Both the position numbers and the translations under genes were made by a program. Under the pieces are notes generated by a model. The model was not told where the DNA came from, ran no database searches, and saw only the letters and a program-made list of their open reading frames with translations. Below, piece after piece: positions 45,031 to 56,725 of a stretch of 64,000 nt of DNA (the stretch's first letter is position 1; each line of letters starts with the position of its first letter). This DNA is from an uncultured Planctomycetaceae bacterium. GTDB lineage: Bacteria > Planctomycetota > Planctomycetia > Planctomycetales > Planctomycetaceae. The stretch covers positions 32,001 through 96,000 of the forward strand of contig CAWFAK010000006.1 of the NCBI GenBank assembly GCA_963813715.1, given 5' to 3'.

Positions 45031-45378
45031 ATGACTCGCTCGAAAACCTTCATCGTGGCTTTAGTCGCCGTCGCCGCCCTCTGGATGTCGCCCGGCGCAG
45101 CCCAACAAGATTCCGTCGGCGACCTGGGACTCACCGTCCGCCAGGACGACCTCGACTCCTTCTGGCTGGATACGCACAACTGGTACTGGTACGGCTATCG
45201 CCCGTACACGAAGGCCCATATCAGCCGGTTCGACTCCAGCCTCCCCTCCTGGTCGTCGGCAGCGGCCTCCGCGACCGGCGGCTACTCGTTCGGCATCAAC
45301 GAGCCGCCCGGCAATGCTTCCTGGGAAGGCGGACCGAACACGAAGTTCCAGTTGCAGAAGAACGGCACCTGGCACTAG
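45031..45378 (+). CDS. small secreted hypothetical protein, aromatic-rich
   Basis: Signal peptide ending in AAQQ; FWLDTHNWYWYGYRPY. Confidence 0.65.
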   Translation: MTRSKTFIVALVAVAALWMSPGAAQQDSVGDLGLTVRQDDLDSFWLDTHNWYWYGYRPYTKAHISRFDSSLPSWSSAAASATGGYSFGINEPPGNASWEGGPNTKFQLQKNGTWH

Positions 45379-45409
45379 GCCGGCTCCGGACTGCGCGTCG
45401 ACCGTCTTC

Positions 45410-46781
45410 TCAGCACCAGCGCACGAACCGCGGCGCCGTCCGCGTTTCGGAGAGCAGGATCACTGCGCCGGCCGTCGGTGAAGTAGGGATCGCCGGTGAG
45501 GTTGCGGCGAGGCGCGGCCCGTCCGCACCCGCCGACGCCGTCGACATAGCCCACCGCGTCGATCCGCTCGGCCTCCATCAAGTCTTCGACGACGTAGTCC
45601 CGCGATTCGTCGACGTCGGGATCGATGCGGTGCGTCGTCAGGTTCCACGTCTTGTAGGTGAACCGCACGCCGATGTCGCGGCTGATCTGGCCGATCCAGA
45701 CCGGTTTGCCGGCAAAGTGGAGCGTGGTCAGCCAGAGCCGCAGGTGCAAGCGCTCGTTGATCGAGCGCCGGCTCCGCTGCAGGGCGACGTCCTGCGTGCG
45801 GCCGAGCAGATGCAGCGGGCTCACGGGCGAGTAGCGATACTGGGAGCCCAGCAGGAACGATCGCGCCGTCTTCCAGCACGTCGCGAAGGTGATCGTTTCG
45901 CATTCATCCCAGCGAGCGCCAAACGCGCTCAAGATCGTGGCGAACTCGCCGATCACTACGAGGTTCACCGGATCGCCCGTGCGCTTCTCTGTTTTATTGG
46001 TCGTCGCCGCGGGTACCGCCGAGAGCCGCTGCACGAGGGTCGGCAAGTCGCACTCGACCCGTTCTTGGCTCGGATAAATGGCGTCGAAATTCCGCCGCAG
46101 GTAATCGGCCCGAATCCCGGGCACGGCAATCGTGAAGGTGAGATCGACGACCGGTTGCCCGGCGGCCGCGCCCGGAGGCGGCCGGTACGTGAGGGGGTCG
46201 GCCGCGGCGGCCGGCAGCGATGCCAGGTCGAAGGGGCCGCTCGCCGCGTGGAAGCAGGCCCGCACCACCTTGGTGCCGAAGTCCAGATGCGTGAACACAA
46301 ATCCCTCGGCCTCGTGCCCGGCGGGCAGCGGGCGGAGGCGAAAGGCGTGCTGCTGAAAGTGCACGTCCATGCGGCGATTGGCCCGGTACGCCGAGACAAG
46401 CTTGAACGGAATCAGCGCCAAGAGCGGCACAAAGAACCAGCCGATCACCCCGAACGCCGACAACCGCTTGAGGATCGAGTAGTGGTTGACGCCGGCCGCC
46501 TCCAGCGGCGTGTAATAATTGCGGTCGATGGTGACCACGTGCAGCCGCAGTTGCGTTTGTGCCCGGTTCACCACGCGCAGAAAGACGGGCTGGATGCCCC
46601 GCCGCGCCAGCGGCACGCCGAACACCCGCTCCGATTCGGCCGCGTCGAGCACGGCCACGGTTACTTGGGCGAGCGGACTGTCCTGTGTTTGGGCCCGCGA
46701 CAGGAACTCCCGGTACGACGGATCCGGATCGTAGGCGATCGTAAACAGCCGCTGGAACAGTTGGCGTCCGGGATAACTCAT
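45410..46781 (-). CDS. LssY C-terminal domain protein (indel near the 3' end)
   Basis: GDPVNLVVIG, YRYSPVS, RLHLRLW, THRIDPDVDESRD, RRNLTGDPYFTDG. Confidence 0.8.
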
Positions 46782-46928
46782 CGTAAGGTTCCGCCGTCCG
46801 GCCTCGCGTCAAAACTGCGGCCGAAACCGCGACCATTCGACCCTCGAAATCCGCAGGCACCGATCGTATCGGCACGACGCGGCGGTTACTATGCGTTCGG
46901 CCCCGTTGACCTTTCCGGCTTAATCTCC

Positions 46929-47996
46929 ATGAACGACCCACTGAAATTGGACTCTCGCATGAACACCAATCTCCGCGAGGAGCAAGTCTGGCTGGCCGTC
47001 GGGTCGTTGATGATTCTGGCGACGGTCGCGCTCGCCGGCGGGCTCTTTTACACGCGGGCCGTGATGATCCCTTTCGTGATGGCCATCTTCATCACGACGG
47101 CCGTCTCGCCGACCGTCGACCAGATGGTTGTCCGCTGGCACGTCCCCGGCTGGATCGCCATTTCGCTCTCGCTGATCCTGGTGCTGGCGATCCTGATGCT
47201 CTTGGGAGCGGCGCTCGCGCTCACCGTCCAGACGATCCTCAACACGGCCGACGAGTATTCGGACCAGGTCGCTAAGCTGGGCCGCCACATGTTCGCGGAG
47301 CTCCATTCCCACGGCATGAAGCTGGACGAGGCGCAAGTCTCCAACAAACTGAAGGCGCAGCTGCCCGACCTGATCACCACGGCGGCCGGCACCGTGACGT
47401 CGATCGTCTCCGACGGCATCCTGGTGTTGTTCTTCGTGATCTTCCTGCTGTCCGGAAGAGACCCGCACCAGCGGCAGACCGGTATTTATGCCGAGATCGA
47501 GGCGGCCATCCGCGAGTACATCGTCACGAAGACGGCGATTTCAGCCGTCGCCGGCGTGCTCGTCGGCACGATCCTCTGGCTGTTGGGATTGAAGATGGCG
47601 GCTCTGTTCGGGCTGCTGGCGTTTCTCTTCAACTTCATCCCGAACGTCGGCCCAATCGTCGCCAGCCTGCTGCCGATCCCCATCGCCTTTGCCCAGTTCG
47701 AGGATCGGCTGTGGATGGTCTTGCTGGTGGTGGGGCTGCCGGGCTGCGTCCACATGACCATCGGCAACTTCGTCGAGCCGCGCCTGATGGGCCGCGGACT
47801 GGAGCTGCACCCGGTGGCCGTGCTGCTGGCCCTCGCCTTGTTGGGCCTGTTGTGGGGCGTGGTCGGAATGGTGCTGGCCGTGCCGATCGCCGCCATGGTC
47901 CGCATCGTGCTGAGCCGCTTCACGACAACGCGCGCTCTGGGCGAGCTACTCGCCGGCCGATTGCCCGGAGCCGAGCCGATGGCGCCCGTGCTATAG
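46929..47996 (+). CDS. AI-2E family transporter
   Basis: Multi-TM protein; FNFIPNVGP, GNFVEPRLMG, LHPVAV. Confidence 0.92.
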   Translation: MNDPLKLDSRMNTNLREEQVWLAVGSLMILATVALAGGLFYTRAVMIPFVMAIFITTAVSPTVDQMVVRWHVPGWIAISLSLILVLAILMLLGAALALTVQTILNTADEYSDQVAKLGRHMFAELHSHGMKLDEAQVSNKLKAQLPDLITTAAGTVTSIVSDGILVLFFVIFLLSGRDPHQRQTGIYAEIEAAIREYIVTKTAISAVAGVLVGTILWLLGLKMAALFGLLAFLFNFIPNVGPIVASLLPIPIAFAQFEDRLWMVLLVVGLPGCVHMTIGNFVEPRLMGRGLELHPVAVLLALALLGLLWGVVGMVLAVPIAAMVRIVLSRFTTTRALGELLAGRLPGAEPMAPVL

Positions 47997-48221
47997 GGCA
48001 CATCGAGAAGACGATTCCCGACACGGCCGCGCCACTGCTTTCTGTATTGCGGCGGCGGCTTCACCGGCTGGACGCACGCCGGCCTGCGCATCGTGCAGGG
48101 CTAGAACGCTGAGAGTCGGGCCTCATGACGAGCGAAAAGCCGATGTGGTTGGCCTGCTCGCGGCAGCGTCGAACGGCAGGCTTCTTTTCAATTCCCGATC
48201 GTCGCCACACCCTGTCAGCAA

Positions 48222-49635
48222 CTACTTGTTGCCGGGTTTCGAGAGCTTTTTCTTTGGATTGACTCCCTCCATCCACCCTCCGTCGCCCGTGTCCTTGAAT
48301 TCGATGTAGTCGGGCCGCGGCTGGAACGCCGTGATGCTAGCCAGCTTTCCCTCGCGGAAGAGAAACGACCATCCCTTGTGAAAATAATGCAGCTGGTCTT
48401 CCCTCAGGTGAGTCTTGATGTCCGGCTTGCCGTAGACCCGCACCACGTCATCGATTGAAGCGCCAAGTCCAATCTGCCGATCGGTCTTGCCGAGAAAATC
48501 GCGTGCAGAATCGAAATGCAAGAGGCGCCCATAGCAGCAGAAACGGGTCATGCCTTCCCGGCTCGAGACGTCGATGTCGAAGCCGAGGGACGGGTAATTG
48601 AGACGCTCTTGCACAATTTCCTTTTGCCCTTTGAGAGCGGGGCCGCCCGGATACTGGAAGCGTTCAAATCCACGGTAGGTCTCCTCGATCAGGTCGGGTG
48701 TTCCCAAGAGGGTGATGATTCGATCCTTAGAGGCTCCCATCGGTACAGGACCGAGCCCTCTTTCCGGGGAGGCGACCCAGGACTGCGTGTCGATCGGTTT
48801 GCGGTCTTTGGGCTCTTCGCACCGCGAGACCGCATATCCCGCCGGGGCCCTGATTTCGAATAGCGACTCGTCCACGGGGGCGTCGAAGACAAAATCCGTG
48901 GTCACCTCGCGATAACGTTGTCCTCCCGATCCCTTCTCGATATTGAGTTCCATTCGCAACGGCAGGTGCGTCCTCGGATCGACGAACACCACGAACTGTC
49001 CCAGCGATTCGAAGGCAAATTTCAGCACCATCTTGCCTTCGAATTCCGTCGCGCCGGCGCCTTGCGCCGCTCGCAGGAAGGTCACGGATTTGTTGGAAGA
49101 GGCCGGCGTCGGCGCTTTTCCGGCCATCATCCAGGTAGAGTTGCTGGATTCCGGCCTTGTGCGATTTGTGGTCGATCCACATCGATCTGCGTGCCTTCAA
49201 GTTTGTGATCGACACCCAGCCGTTCGGCCCTTCACTCCGCGATCCCACGCCGAGGACCGAAACTCCCGCCGAGACAGTCGGCACCTGGTCGCCCAGAATT
49301 GAGAGAGTGCGGCAGCTCATCGACTTGACACTCGAAACGGCTTGTTGGACCTGGGCAAAGGCCACGCCCGCCCCGCCGCCGGGGCCATGCGCGGATAGGA
49401 CGACAATCAGCAGCGCAATAGCCGCGATCGCTGCCCCAACTGCCATCCATCGCGCCCATATCCGCGGCTCCATCCCGGCGGGCCGCGGCGAAAATGTGCG
49501 GTCGGGGTTCCTGCCGCTCGCTTCCTGCGCGACGGACAAACCGGGGTCGCTGAAATCGGGGATTGGTTCCTCGCGCAGGGCTGTCGCAATTCGGTCGAGC
49601 AGCCCGTCCGAATCGGAAAAGTTGATTTCCGACAT
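48222..49635 (-). CDS. putative membrane-anchored anti-sigma factor with LolA-like periplasmic domain (frameshift near 49060)
   Basis: Directly after an ECF sigma; single TM, AFAQV, VDPRTHLPLR, FVFDAPVDESLF. Confidence 0.7.
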
Positions 49636-49671
49636 GATTCCTCCGATCTCGCCCAAAATCAGCGTCGAGCG

Positions 49672-50187
49672 TTACTCTTCGACGCGGCTCGGATTGAGGT
49701 CGGTCAGCAGCTTGCGCAGTCGGGCGCGGGCCCGGTGCACAAGAATGCCAACGGCATTGGTATCAGTCCCAAATTGCTCGGCGACTTCCGCGTAAGTCAA
49801 TTGTTCGACGCAGTGCAGCCAGAACGCTTCGCCCTGCCGATCAGGAAGCCGCGCGGTCGCCCGCCGCACCTGCTCCACGAGTTCGCGGAACTCGATCTCC
49901 GTGGACGGCTCGGCAACGCTCCCTGGCAAGAGCGACGGATCTTCGTCGGCGTCGACGCGACTCGTCCTACGGCGCTCGCTCCGCAGCCGATCGAGCGCTC
50001 TACGCACCGCCAGCCAGCGCAAGAACGCTGGCCAATTATCGACTCGATGCGCGCCGCATTGTTCGAAGGCCTCGAGGAAAACTTCCTGGTAACAATCGAG
50101 AGCCTGGTCGTGGTGTTTCAGGATGCGGAACACGGCGCGAAAAACGATGGCGCCGTGCAGCCGCCGAATCTGCTGCCAGTCGTGCAT
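49672..50187 (-). CDS. ECF RNA polymerase sigma-70 factor
   Basis: Region 2 DCYQEVFL...FLRWLA and region 4 LP...YAEVA...HRARARL. Confidence 0.92.
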   Translation of the reverse strand: MHDWQQIRRLHGAIVFRAVFRILKHHDQALDCYQEVFLEAFEQCGAHRVDNWPAFLRWLAVRRALDRLRSERRRTSRVDADEDPSLLPGSVAEPSTEIEFRELVEQVRRATARLPDRQGEAFWLHCVEQLTYAEVAEQFGTDTNAVGILVHRARARLRKLLTDLNPSRVEE

Positions 50188-50422
50188 CCGCAACGCCCCC
50201 ACTCGGCAAAATACGGTCACATCGGATCTGACGATACGAGCCGCCCCGTTATTTCGCGCGTTTTCGGTTGGGTCCGTCAGAATTTCCAAGAACAAGCCAC
50301 CGAACGCCGGATTTCGGTCGCGCCACGACCTCTCCCCGTCGAGCCTGCCGGGGTTTGGCATCGGCCTTGCTCTCACTCGGCCGGGGTCGGATTGCCACGG
50401 CGGGACCAGCGGCGCGGATGCG

Positions 50423-51918
50423 ATGACGGACTCTACGACACTCGAAACCGACATTCCGGCACGGCTCGACCGGCTGCCGTGGAGTGCGTTTCATTGGTTA
50501 TTGGTCGTCGCGCTTGGCGTTACCTGGGTGCTCGACGGCCTGGAAGTCACCGTAGTGTCGGCCGTCGGCAACGCGCTCCTCAAATCGACGACGCTGGCCC
50601 TCACGGCCGCCCAAGTTGGCACGGCGCAGACCGGTTACCTGTTCGGCGCCATCGGCGGAGCCCTGTTCTTTGGCCACATGACGGATCGGCTCGGCCGCAA
50701 AAAGCTGTTCACCGTCACGCTGCTGATTTATCTGGCCGGCGCGATGCTCACGGCGTTCTCCTGGAATTTTTACAGCTTCGCGCTGTTCCGCCTGATCACG
50801 GGGATGGCAATCGGCGGGGAATACGCGGCGATCAACTCGGCCATCGACGAGCTGATTCCCGCCCGGCTGCGCGGCCGCGTCGACCTGGCAATCAATGGGA
50901 CCTTCTGGCTGGGCGCGATGGGCGGAGCCGCCGTTTCGGTGCCGTTGCTCGACGCGCGGCTGTTTCCAGAATGGCTGGGCTGGCGGTTGGCGTTCGGGCT
51001 GGGGGCGCTGGTCGGCCTCGCGATGATTGTCGCCCGGCGATTTGTGCCCGAAAGTCCCCGCTGGTTGATGACCCATGGCCGCCTTGATGAAGCCGAAAAG
51101 ATCATGGCGTCGATCGAGCAACGCACCACAGGACACGCGCTGCCGCCGGGTAAGCAGTCGGCGGGCAAACAGGCGGCCGAAATTCAACGGGTTCGCATCC
51201 GTACTGGCACGCACGTCGGCTTTGGCACGATCGCCCACACGATGCTCGTTCGCTATCGGACGCGGGCCCTGCTCGGGCTGGTTCTGATCGCCTCGCAAGC
51301 CTTCTTCTACAATGGCATCTCGTTCAGCTTTCCGCTGGTGCTGGGTCAGTTCTACGGCGTGCCCAACGACCGCATCGGTCTGTATGTCTTTGCGATGGCC
51401 GCGGCCAATTTTCTCGGTCCGCTGCTGCTGGGACCGCTGTTCGACACCGTGGGTCGCCGCCGGATGATCGGCGGCACGTATGCCCTGTCCGGCGTGCTGA
51501 TCATCGCGACCCTGCCCCTTTTCCTGCACCACGGGCTGACGGCCCAATCGCAGACCCTGGTTTGGGCGGCGACTTTCTTCTTCGCCTCGGCCGCGGCCAG
51601 CGCCGGCTACCTGACCGTAAGCGAAGTCTTCCCGCTCGAGATGCGAGCGCTGGCGATCGCCCTCTTTTACGCAATGGGGACCGCGATCGGCGGCCTGGGC
51701 GCGCGGCGCTCTTCGGCAAGCTGCTCGAATCAGGCACTCGCTCCCTGGGCTACGGTTACCTGTTCGGCGCCGCGCTCATGTTGTTGGCGGCCGGCATCGA
51801 ATGGACTCTCGGAATCGATGCGGAGAAAAAGTCGCTCGAAGACATCACGCCGCCTCTCTCGAGCGAATCGCGAGCGCAGCCTGCGTCTCAGTCTGTAAGC
51901 GAGCCAGCTGCGCGTTGA
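50423..51918 (+). CDS. MFS transporter (sugar/aromatic-acid type; frameshift near 51700)
   Basis: TDRLGRKK, GGEY, ELIPARLRG, VPESPRWL, SEVFPLEMR. Confidence 0.92.
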
Positions 51919-51921
51919 CTT

Positions 51922-54124
51922 TCACCGAGTCGCGCTGGCCTGCTGCGCCGCGGCTTCTTCGCCCGGATGATAGTTCTGCTTCGAATGAGCCAGCACGTCG
52001 TCCCAGTAGAAATACGCTTCTTTCAGCCGGCACTCCGACAGCAGCTTCGCCTGATCGAAGAAGTGGGGCGAATCGGGGTTGCCGCTCTCGCCGTATTGCA
52101 GCAGGCTCCGCGTTTTGATCCGGTCGCCGAACTCGATTGAGGCCATGTAGGAGCAGCCGACGACGGCGTACCGCTTCACCATCGGCCGGACAACGGGCAG
52201 CGGGGGCGTGTAATAAATGGTGAAGACGGATCCGACCGGCCCCTGCACCCCGGCGACCGGCAAGCTGGGCAGGCGGTCGTTGAAAGGGATTTTCTCGAAG
52301 AAGTCGGCGATGTTAGCGTGCCGCTGCAGGCGATTCACGTCGCCGTAGGGCACCTTCCAGCTGCCGTAGAGGCTCGTCAGTTTGGCGGCCGCGTCGCGCA
52401 GCGCACGGAACTCGGCCGAAATATCCGAGATCATCGCCGGCCGCAGCGTCTCGAGCGTGCTGCTGAGCAGGAGGCCGTAAAGCTGCTCGTACCAAAAGAC
52501 GCATAACGTGGCCTGCGTCGAGTGAATGCTCGAACGGCAGTCCCAGTCGAGCAGATGCTTGATGTACGGCTCGACTTCCTTCGCCAGCGCCGGATCGATC
52601 TCTTTCAGCTTGCGGAACTTTCGCTCGAACTGCGGCAGTTCCTCCAGCGGCCAGTACATCGTGGTATCGAAGGCCAGAGCCTGCCAATCGTCGAAGGTGA
52701 CGCCGTGCGCCTGGCGCAGCAAATGGCGCGAGACCTTGGCCCGTCGATTATCCCAGGTCGTCTCGCCGACGATGTAGCGCTGCAGGTCGCCCGGTTCCGG
52801 GTTTTGGTCGTCGGTCGTCGTATACGGCGACTGGTTGCAGTTCTGCACGTAGCCCGAGATCGGATTGAGCACCTGCGGCAGCTCGTCGAGCGTCAGGATG
52901 CCCTTCCAGTCGGATTCAGGCCGGCGGCCATCGACCGCCTTCGACCAGTCGAGGCTCGGATCGCGCCGCGGGACGATGCCGTTATAGAGATAAAGGATGT
53001 TCCCCTCGCAGTCCGCGTACACGAGATTGAACATCCGCTGGTCGAGCGTGGCGATGGCCTCGCGAAACTCCGAAAAGTTCCGCGAGCGGACCATGCGATA
53101 GATTTGCCGGCCGAAGAGCGCGTCGTTCATCCGGCCGACGTTGCTCGCCAACTGCTGTGTCCCGTTGAGCCGTCGGACGACAGGACCGTGATGCGTCTTA
53201 CGGAAGGTGAGCGTGCGCGTTTCGACGCCGTGCGCGTTTTTGACGCGAACCGTGTCGGTCCATTCGACGGCCGTGCGGTAGCCGTCACCGTAGCGGTAAT
53301 TGAGCGGGTGCTGCGGATCGTCGAAGGTCTCCACCCATTCGTCGCCGCAATTGATGTCGTTGACGGTGTAGGTCCAGCCCAAGTGCTCGTTGTGCCCGAT
53401 GGCCAGCATGGGGCTGCCGAAGAACGTCGAGCCGGTGAAGCTCCAGCCTTCGCCGCTGTGCAAATGAGCTTCGTAATACTGGCCGAAGCCGTAGTACGGC
53501 TGGTGCGAGTTGCAAAAGAGCATGGTCTTGTGCGAGCGGGTCTTCGACGGGCCGATGGCCCAGGCGTTGCTCCCCACGGCCCCGGGCGGCACGAAGGCCT
53601 GGGCGTGCAGCATTTCGTCCGGCACGCTCTTCGAGTGGGCCGCCATGCGGTAGAGGACATAGCGATCGAGGGCAATCGGGTACCACGGCTCGAAGCGTTC
53701 GAGCAGCCGCAGCTTCTGTCGCGGGTGGCGTTCAACGTAATAGTTGAGTCCGCCGACGAACGCGCGGTTGCAGCGCCTGCAGCTTCGGATCGAGCTTGGC
53801 GAAATCTTCCCGGGCCCGCTGGGGAATCTCGAAGCGGTGCGTCGTCTCGTCCAGCGAGAAGACCGAGGGGCCGTAGAGCTCGGCATAACGGCCGAGCGCA
53901 AGCACGAACGAATCCTCGACCTGCCAGAGAAAATCCTCCGCCTGCGCATAGCCGAAGCCGAAGACCACGCTCTCATCGGTCGGGCCGTCGATGTGGGGGA
54001 CGCCCCACTCGTCGCGATGAATGGTCACCTGGCCGGCCAGCGGCGGCGGGCTCTGGGCAGCGGACGACGGCTGAAGCGGAAACGCGGACGCCAGGACCAA
54101 CAGGGCAAAGCCAATTCGCCGCAT
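51922..54124 (-). CDS. penicillin acylase family Ntn-hydrolase (peptidase S45), secreted (frameshift near 53760)
   Basis: Signal peptide, [18 protein letters not shown], nucleophile site [20 protein letters not shown]. Confidence 0.93.
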
Positions 54125-54406
54125 CAGCAGACTCCGAAGATGACCGGAAATTTATTTCTCGGGGAACCGTTCTACCGGCACCGCGCCCCGCTCTCCAGCC
54201 GCCCAGGCACGCGCGAGCGGACCCAGTGACGGCCGAATAGGCTGCGGCCGGGCAATTGAAGATAACGCACGGGCCGCGCGAGTTCAGTAGCGGAACGCGG
54301 CGAGACCGGGAGGGGGCCGAATCTCGCCTGCATTCCGCCGCGGCGAGCCCGGGCCCGAACAGACTTCGTCCAGTCGCCGGGTAGGGTCTTGTCTGGCTGG
54401 GTGGGA

Positions 54407-54428
54407 TTATGCTAAATTTTTAGCATAA
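54407..54428. promoter_or_regulatory. perfect AT-rich inverted repeat, candidate operator
   Basis: TTATGCTAAA-TT-TTTAGCATAA. Confidence 0.6.
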
Positions 54429-54588
54429 GTTCCGCATGTCCGTTCTGTTGTTGAAACGGCGGCGACGCGTAATGATGGAGGGGGAAATCGACGGCCAACT
54501 CGCCACCAGGGAGACCGGCAGAAGAGGAAGCAGCTGCTCCCCAAGCCGTTCCCCGCAGTTTCGCCCGGGAAAGCCCACCAGTTTTGAC

Positions 54589-54617
54589 TTGTCCCGTTAA
54601 CTAAACACTGTTAAGTT
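54589..54617 (+). promoter_or_regulatory. tetR promoter (TTGTCC-17-TAAGTT) overlapped by palindrome AACTAAACACTGTTAAGTT
   Basis: 19-bp near-perfect palindrome at 54599-54617, immediately before the ATG. Confidence 0.6.
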
Positions 54618-54622
54618 TAAGT

Positions 54623-55234
54623 ATGGCCAGACCCACGCTGACCGAAACGGAAGTTGAGAATTGTCGCGAGCGCGTCTGCGACGCCGCCCGCGGCTTGTTC
54701 TCCAAGCACGGCATCGACCATGTCGGCTTGCGGATGATTGGCTCGGAGGTCGGTCTAACCGGGGCCGCCCTCTATCGGTACTTCCCGGAGGGACGGGACG
54801 AGATTGTTGCGGCCGTCCGCACGCGGGCCTTCCGCGAGTTGGGCGACCTGTCGGAGCAAGCCGTCCGTTCACCGGGGACTCCGCTGGATCGGTTCCAGGC
54901 CGTGGCCAAGGCCTACGTGGCGTTCGCGGCAAGCGACACCGCGTCGTACCGGATGTTGTTCAGCTTGATGCAAACGGGAGATTTTCCGGAGCTGCGAAAA
55001 GAGGCCCGGCGGGCTCGCGACATCCTGTTTCGGGCCGCCCAGGCCGCGGCTCACAGTGAGGAATCGGTCGAAGAGGGACGTGTGCTGGCACACGTGGCAT
55101 GGGCGGCGATCCACGGGGCCGTCATGCTGGAAACGTCGGACATGCTGCAAATGGGCGTTGATATCACACAACTGGTGGACGGCATCTCGCGGGCTCTCTC
55201 ACATCTGAGCGGGGAGTCGCGACCCGTCGCCTAG
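54623..55234 (+). CDS. TetR/AcrR family regulator (WHG-type C-terminal domain), likely regulator of the paa cluster
   Basis: N-terminal HTH (ALYRYF) and WAAIHG. Confidence 0.92.
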   Translation: MARPTLTETEVENCRERVCDAARGLFSKHGIDHVGLRMIGSEVGLTGAALYRYFPEGRDEIVAAVRTRAFRELGDLSEQAVRSPGTPLDRFQAVAKAYVAFAASDTASYRMLFSLMQTGDFPELRKEARRARDILFRAAQAAAHSEESVEEGRVLAHVAWAAIHGAVMLETSDMLQMGVDITQLVDGISRALSHLSGESRPVA

Positions 55235-55382
55235 GGCGAAGCGGCGTCGTACGACTGGGCAACGGCAATCGCCGGTTCCGCGTCGGCGCTCCGAATCGAA
55301 CAGGATGAATCGCGCTGCCAGGATCAATTGCGCGGCGCAGTTGCGCCGGCGCGAGGCAAGCGCCGAAACAAGGCTGTCGAAG

Positions 55383-55868
55383 ATGGCAACGATCTCGCAA
55401 TCTGAGGTGCTCGACGCACTCAACGAGATTGAAGATCCGGAGATGCCGGTCATTTCGATCGTCGAGCTGGGGATCGTGCGGGACGTCACAATCGACGGCC
55501 CCCGCGCCGAAGTCACGCTGGCCCCCACCTTCTCCGGTTGCCCGGCCCTGTCCTCGATCACCGAGAGCGTCCGCAACAAGGTGTTGGGCATCGGCTTCGT
55601 CGAGGTCAACATCAAGCTCGCGCTCGATCCCCCTTGGACGACCGATAGCATCTCGGCCACCGGACGCGACAAATTAAAACGACTGGGCATCGCCCCGCCC
55701 GACAAGCACGGCGGCGACGTCCTCACCGCCTTGGAGCTGCCCGTCCCCTGCCCTTACTGCGGCTCCCGCAATACGACGCGGCGAAACAACTTCGGCCCGA
55801 CCGCCTGCCGCGCGATTTATTTCTGCAACCAATGCGTTCAGCCCTTCGAAAGGATGAAGCCACTCTGA
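55383..55868 (+). CDS. paaD: phenylacetyl-CoA epoxidase maturation subunit (PaaD, alias PaaJ)
   Basis: DPEMPVISIVELG, PTFSGCPA, PWTTD, CPYCGS, FGPTAC, CNQC..PFE. Confidence 0.93.
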   Translation: MATISQSEVLDALNEIEDPEMPVISIVELGIVRDVTIDGPRAEVTLAPTFSGCPALSSITESVRNKVLGIGFVEVNIKLALDPPWTTDSISATGRDKLKRLGIAPPDKHGGDVLTALELPVPCPYCGSRNTTRRNNFGPTACRAIYFCNQCVQPFERMKPL

Positions 55869-55930
55869 GAAACCGTTGGCAGTAGCCTCTCGTTGATCGA
55901 CCACTCAAAGCGCTTACGAAGTCTCGAACA

Positions 55931-56723
55931 ATGAGCTATCAAAACATCCTCTGCGAGCAGAACGACTCCGTTCTGAAAATCACACTGAACCGTCCCGAGA
56001 AGCTCAACGCGCTCACCGATGTGATGCTGCAAGAGTTGCGGGACGCGTTCGCCAAGGCGGCCGGCGACCGGGCGACACGGGCGGTCCTTTTGACCGGTGC
56101 CGGCAAAGGCTTTTGCCCCGGGCAGGATCTCGCCAACATCCAGGAGCTAAGCCACGGCGGCCAACCCGACTACGGCGACCATGTCCGCAACAACTACAAT
56201 CCGCTGATCCTGGCGATGGTCCGGCTCCCCAAGCCGATCGTGTGCGCGGTCAACGGCGTGGCGGCCGGCGCGGGGATGAGCCTGGCGATGGCCTGCGACG
56301 TGCGGATCGCCTCGGAAAAGGCCTCGTTCTTGCAAGCATTCATTAATATCGGGCTGGTGCCGGACAGTGGTTCGACGTGGTTTCTGCCGCGGCTCGTCGG
56401 CCGGCAGCGGGCCCTCGACCTGATGCTCTCGGGTCGCAAGCTGTCGGCTGCGGAAGCACTCGATTGGGGACTCGTGAATCAGGTCGTCGCGCCGGAACAG
56501 TTGCTGGACGAGGCGACCAAGACCGCCGCCCGCTACGCCGCCGCCCCGACCTTCGCGATCGGGCAGCTCAAGCGCAATCTCGACTTCGCGGAGACGCACT
56601 CGCTCGAGGACTTGCTCGCACTTGGAGGCGAAGTCGCAAGCTGAGTGCGGCTTGACGGCCGATCATCAGGAAGGGATCCGGGCCTTCCTCGAGAAGCGCA
56701 CACCGGCCTACCAGGGAGAATAG
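55931..56723 (+). CDS. paaG: enoyl-CoA hydratase/isomerase (epoxyphenylacetyl-CoA isomerase-like); C-terminal indels
   Basis: [46 protein letters not shown] lies in a shifted frame. Confidence 0.85.
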
Positions 56724-56725
56724 CC

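Noticed and set aside
54390..54445. dif/Xer site (TTATGCTAAAT resembles the XerD arm TTATGTTAAAT)
   Set aside because: There is no XerC-like arm 6 bp away on either side, and the two half-sites have the wrong relative orientation for dif.
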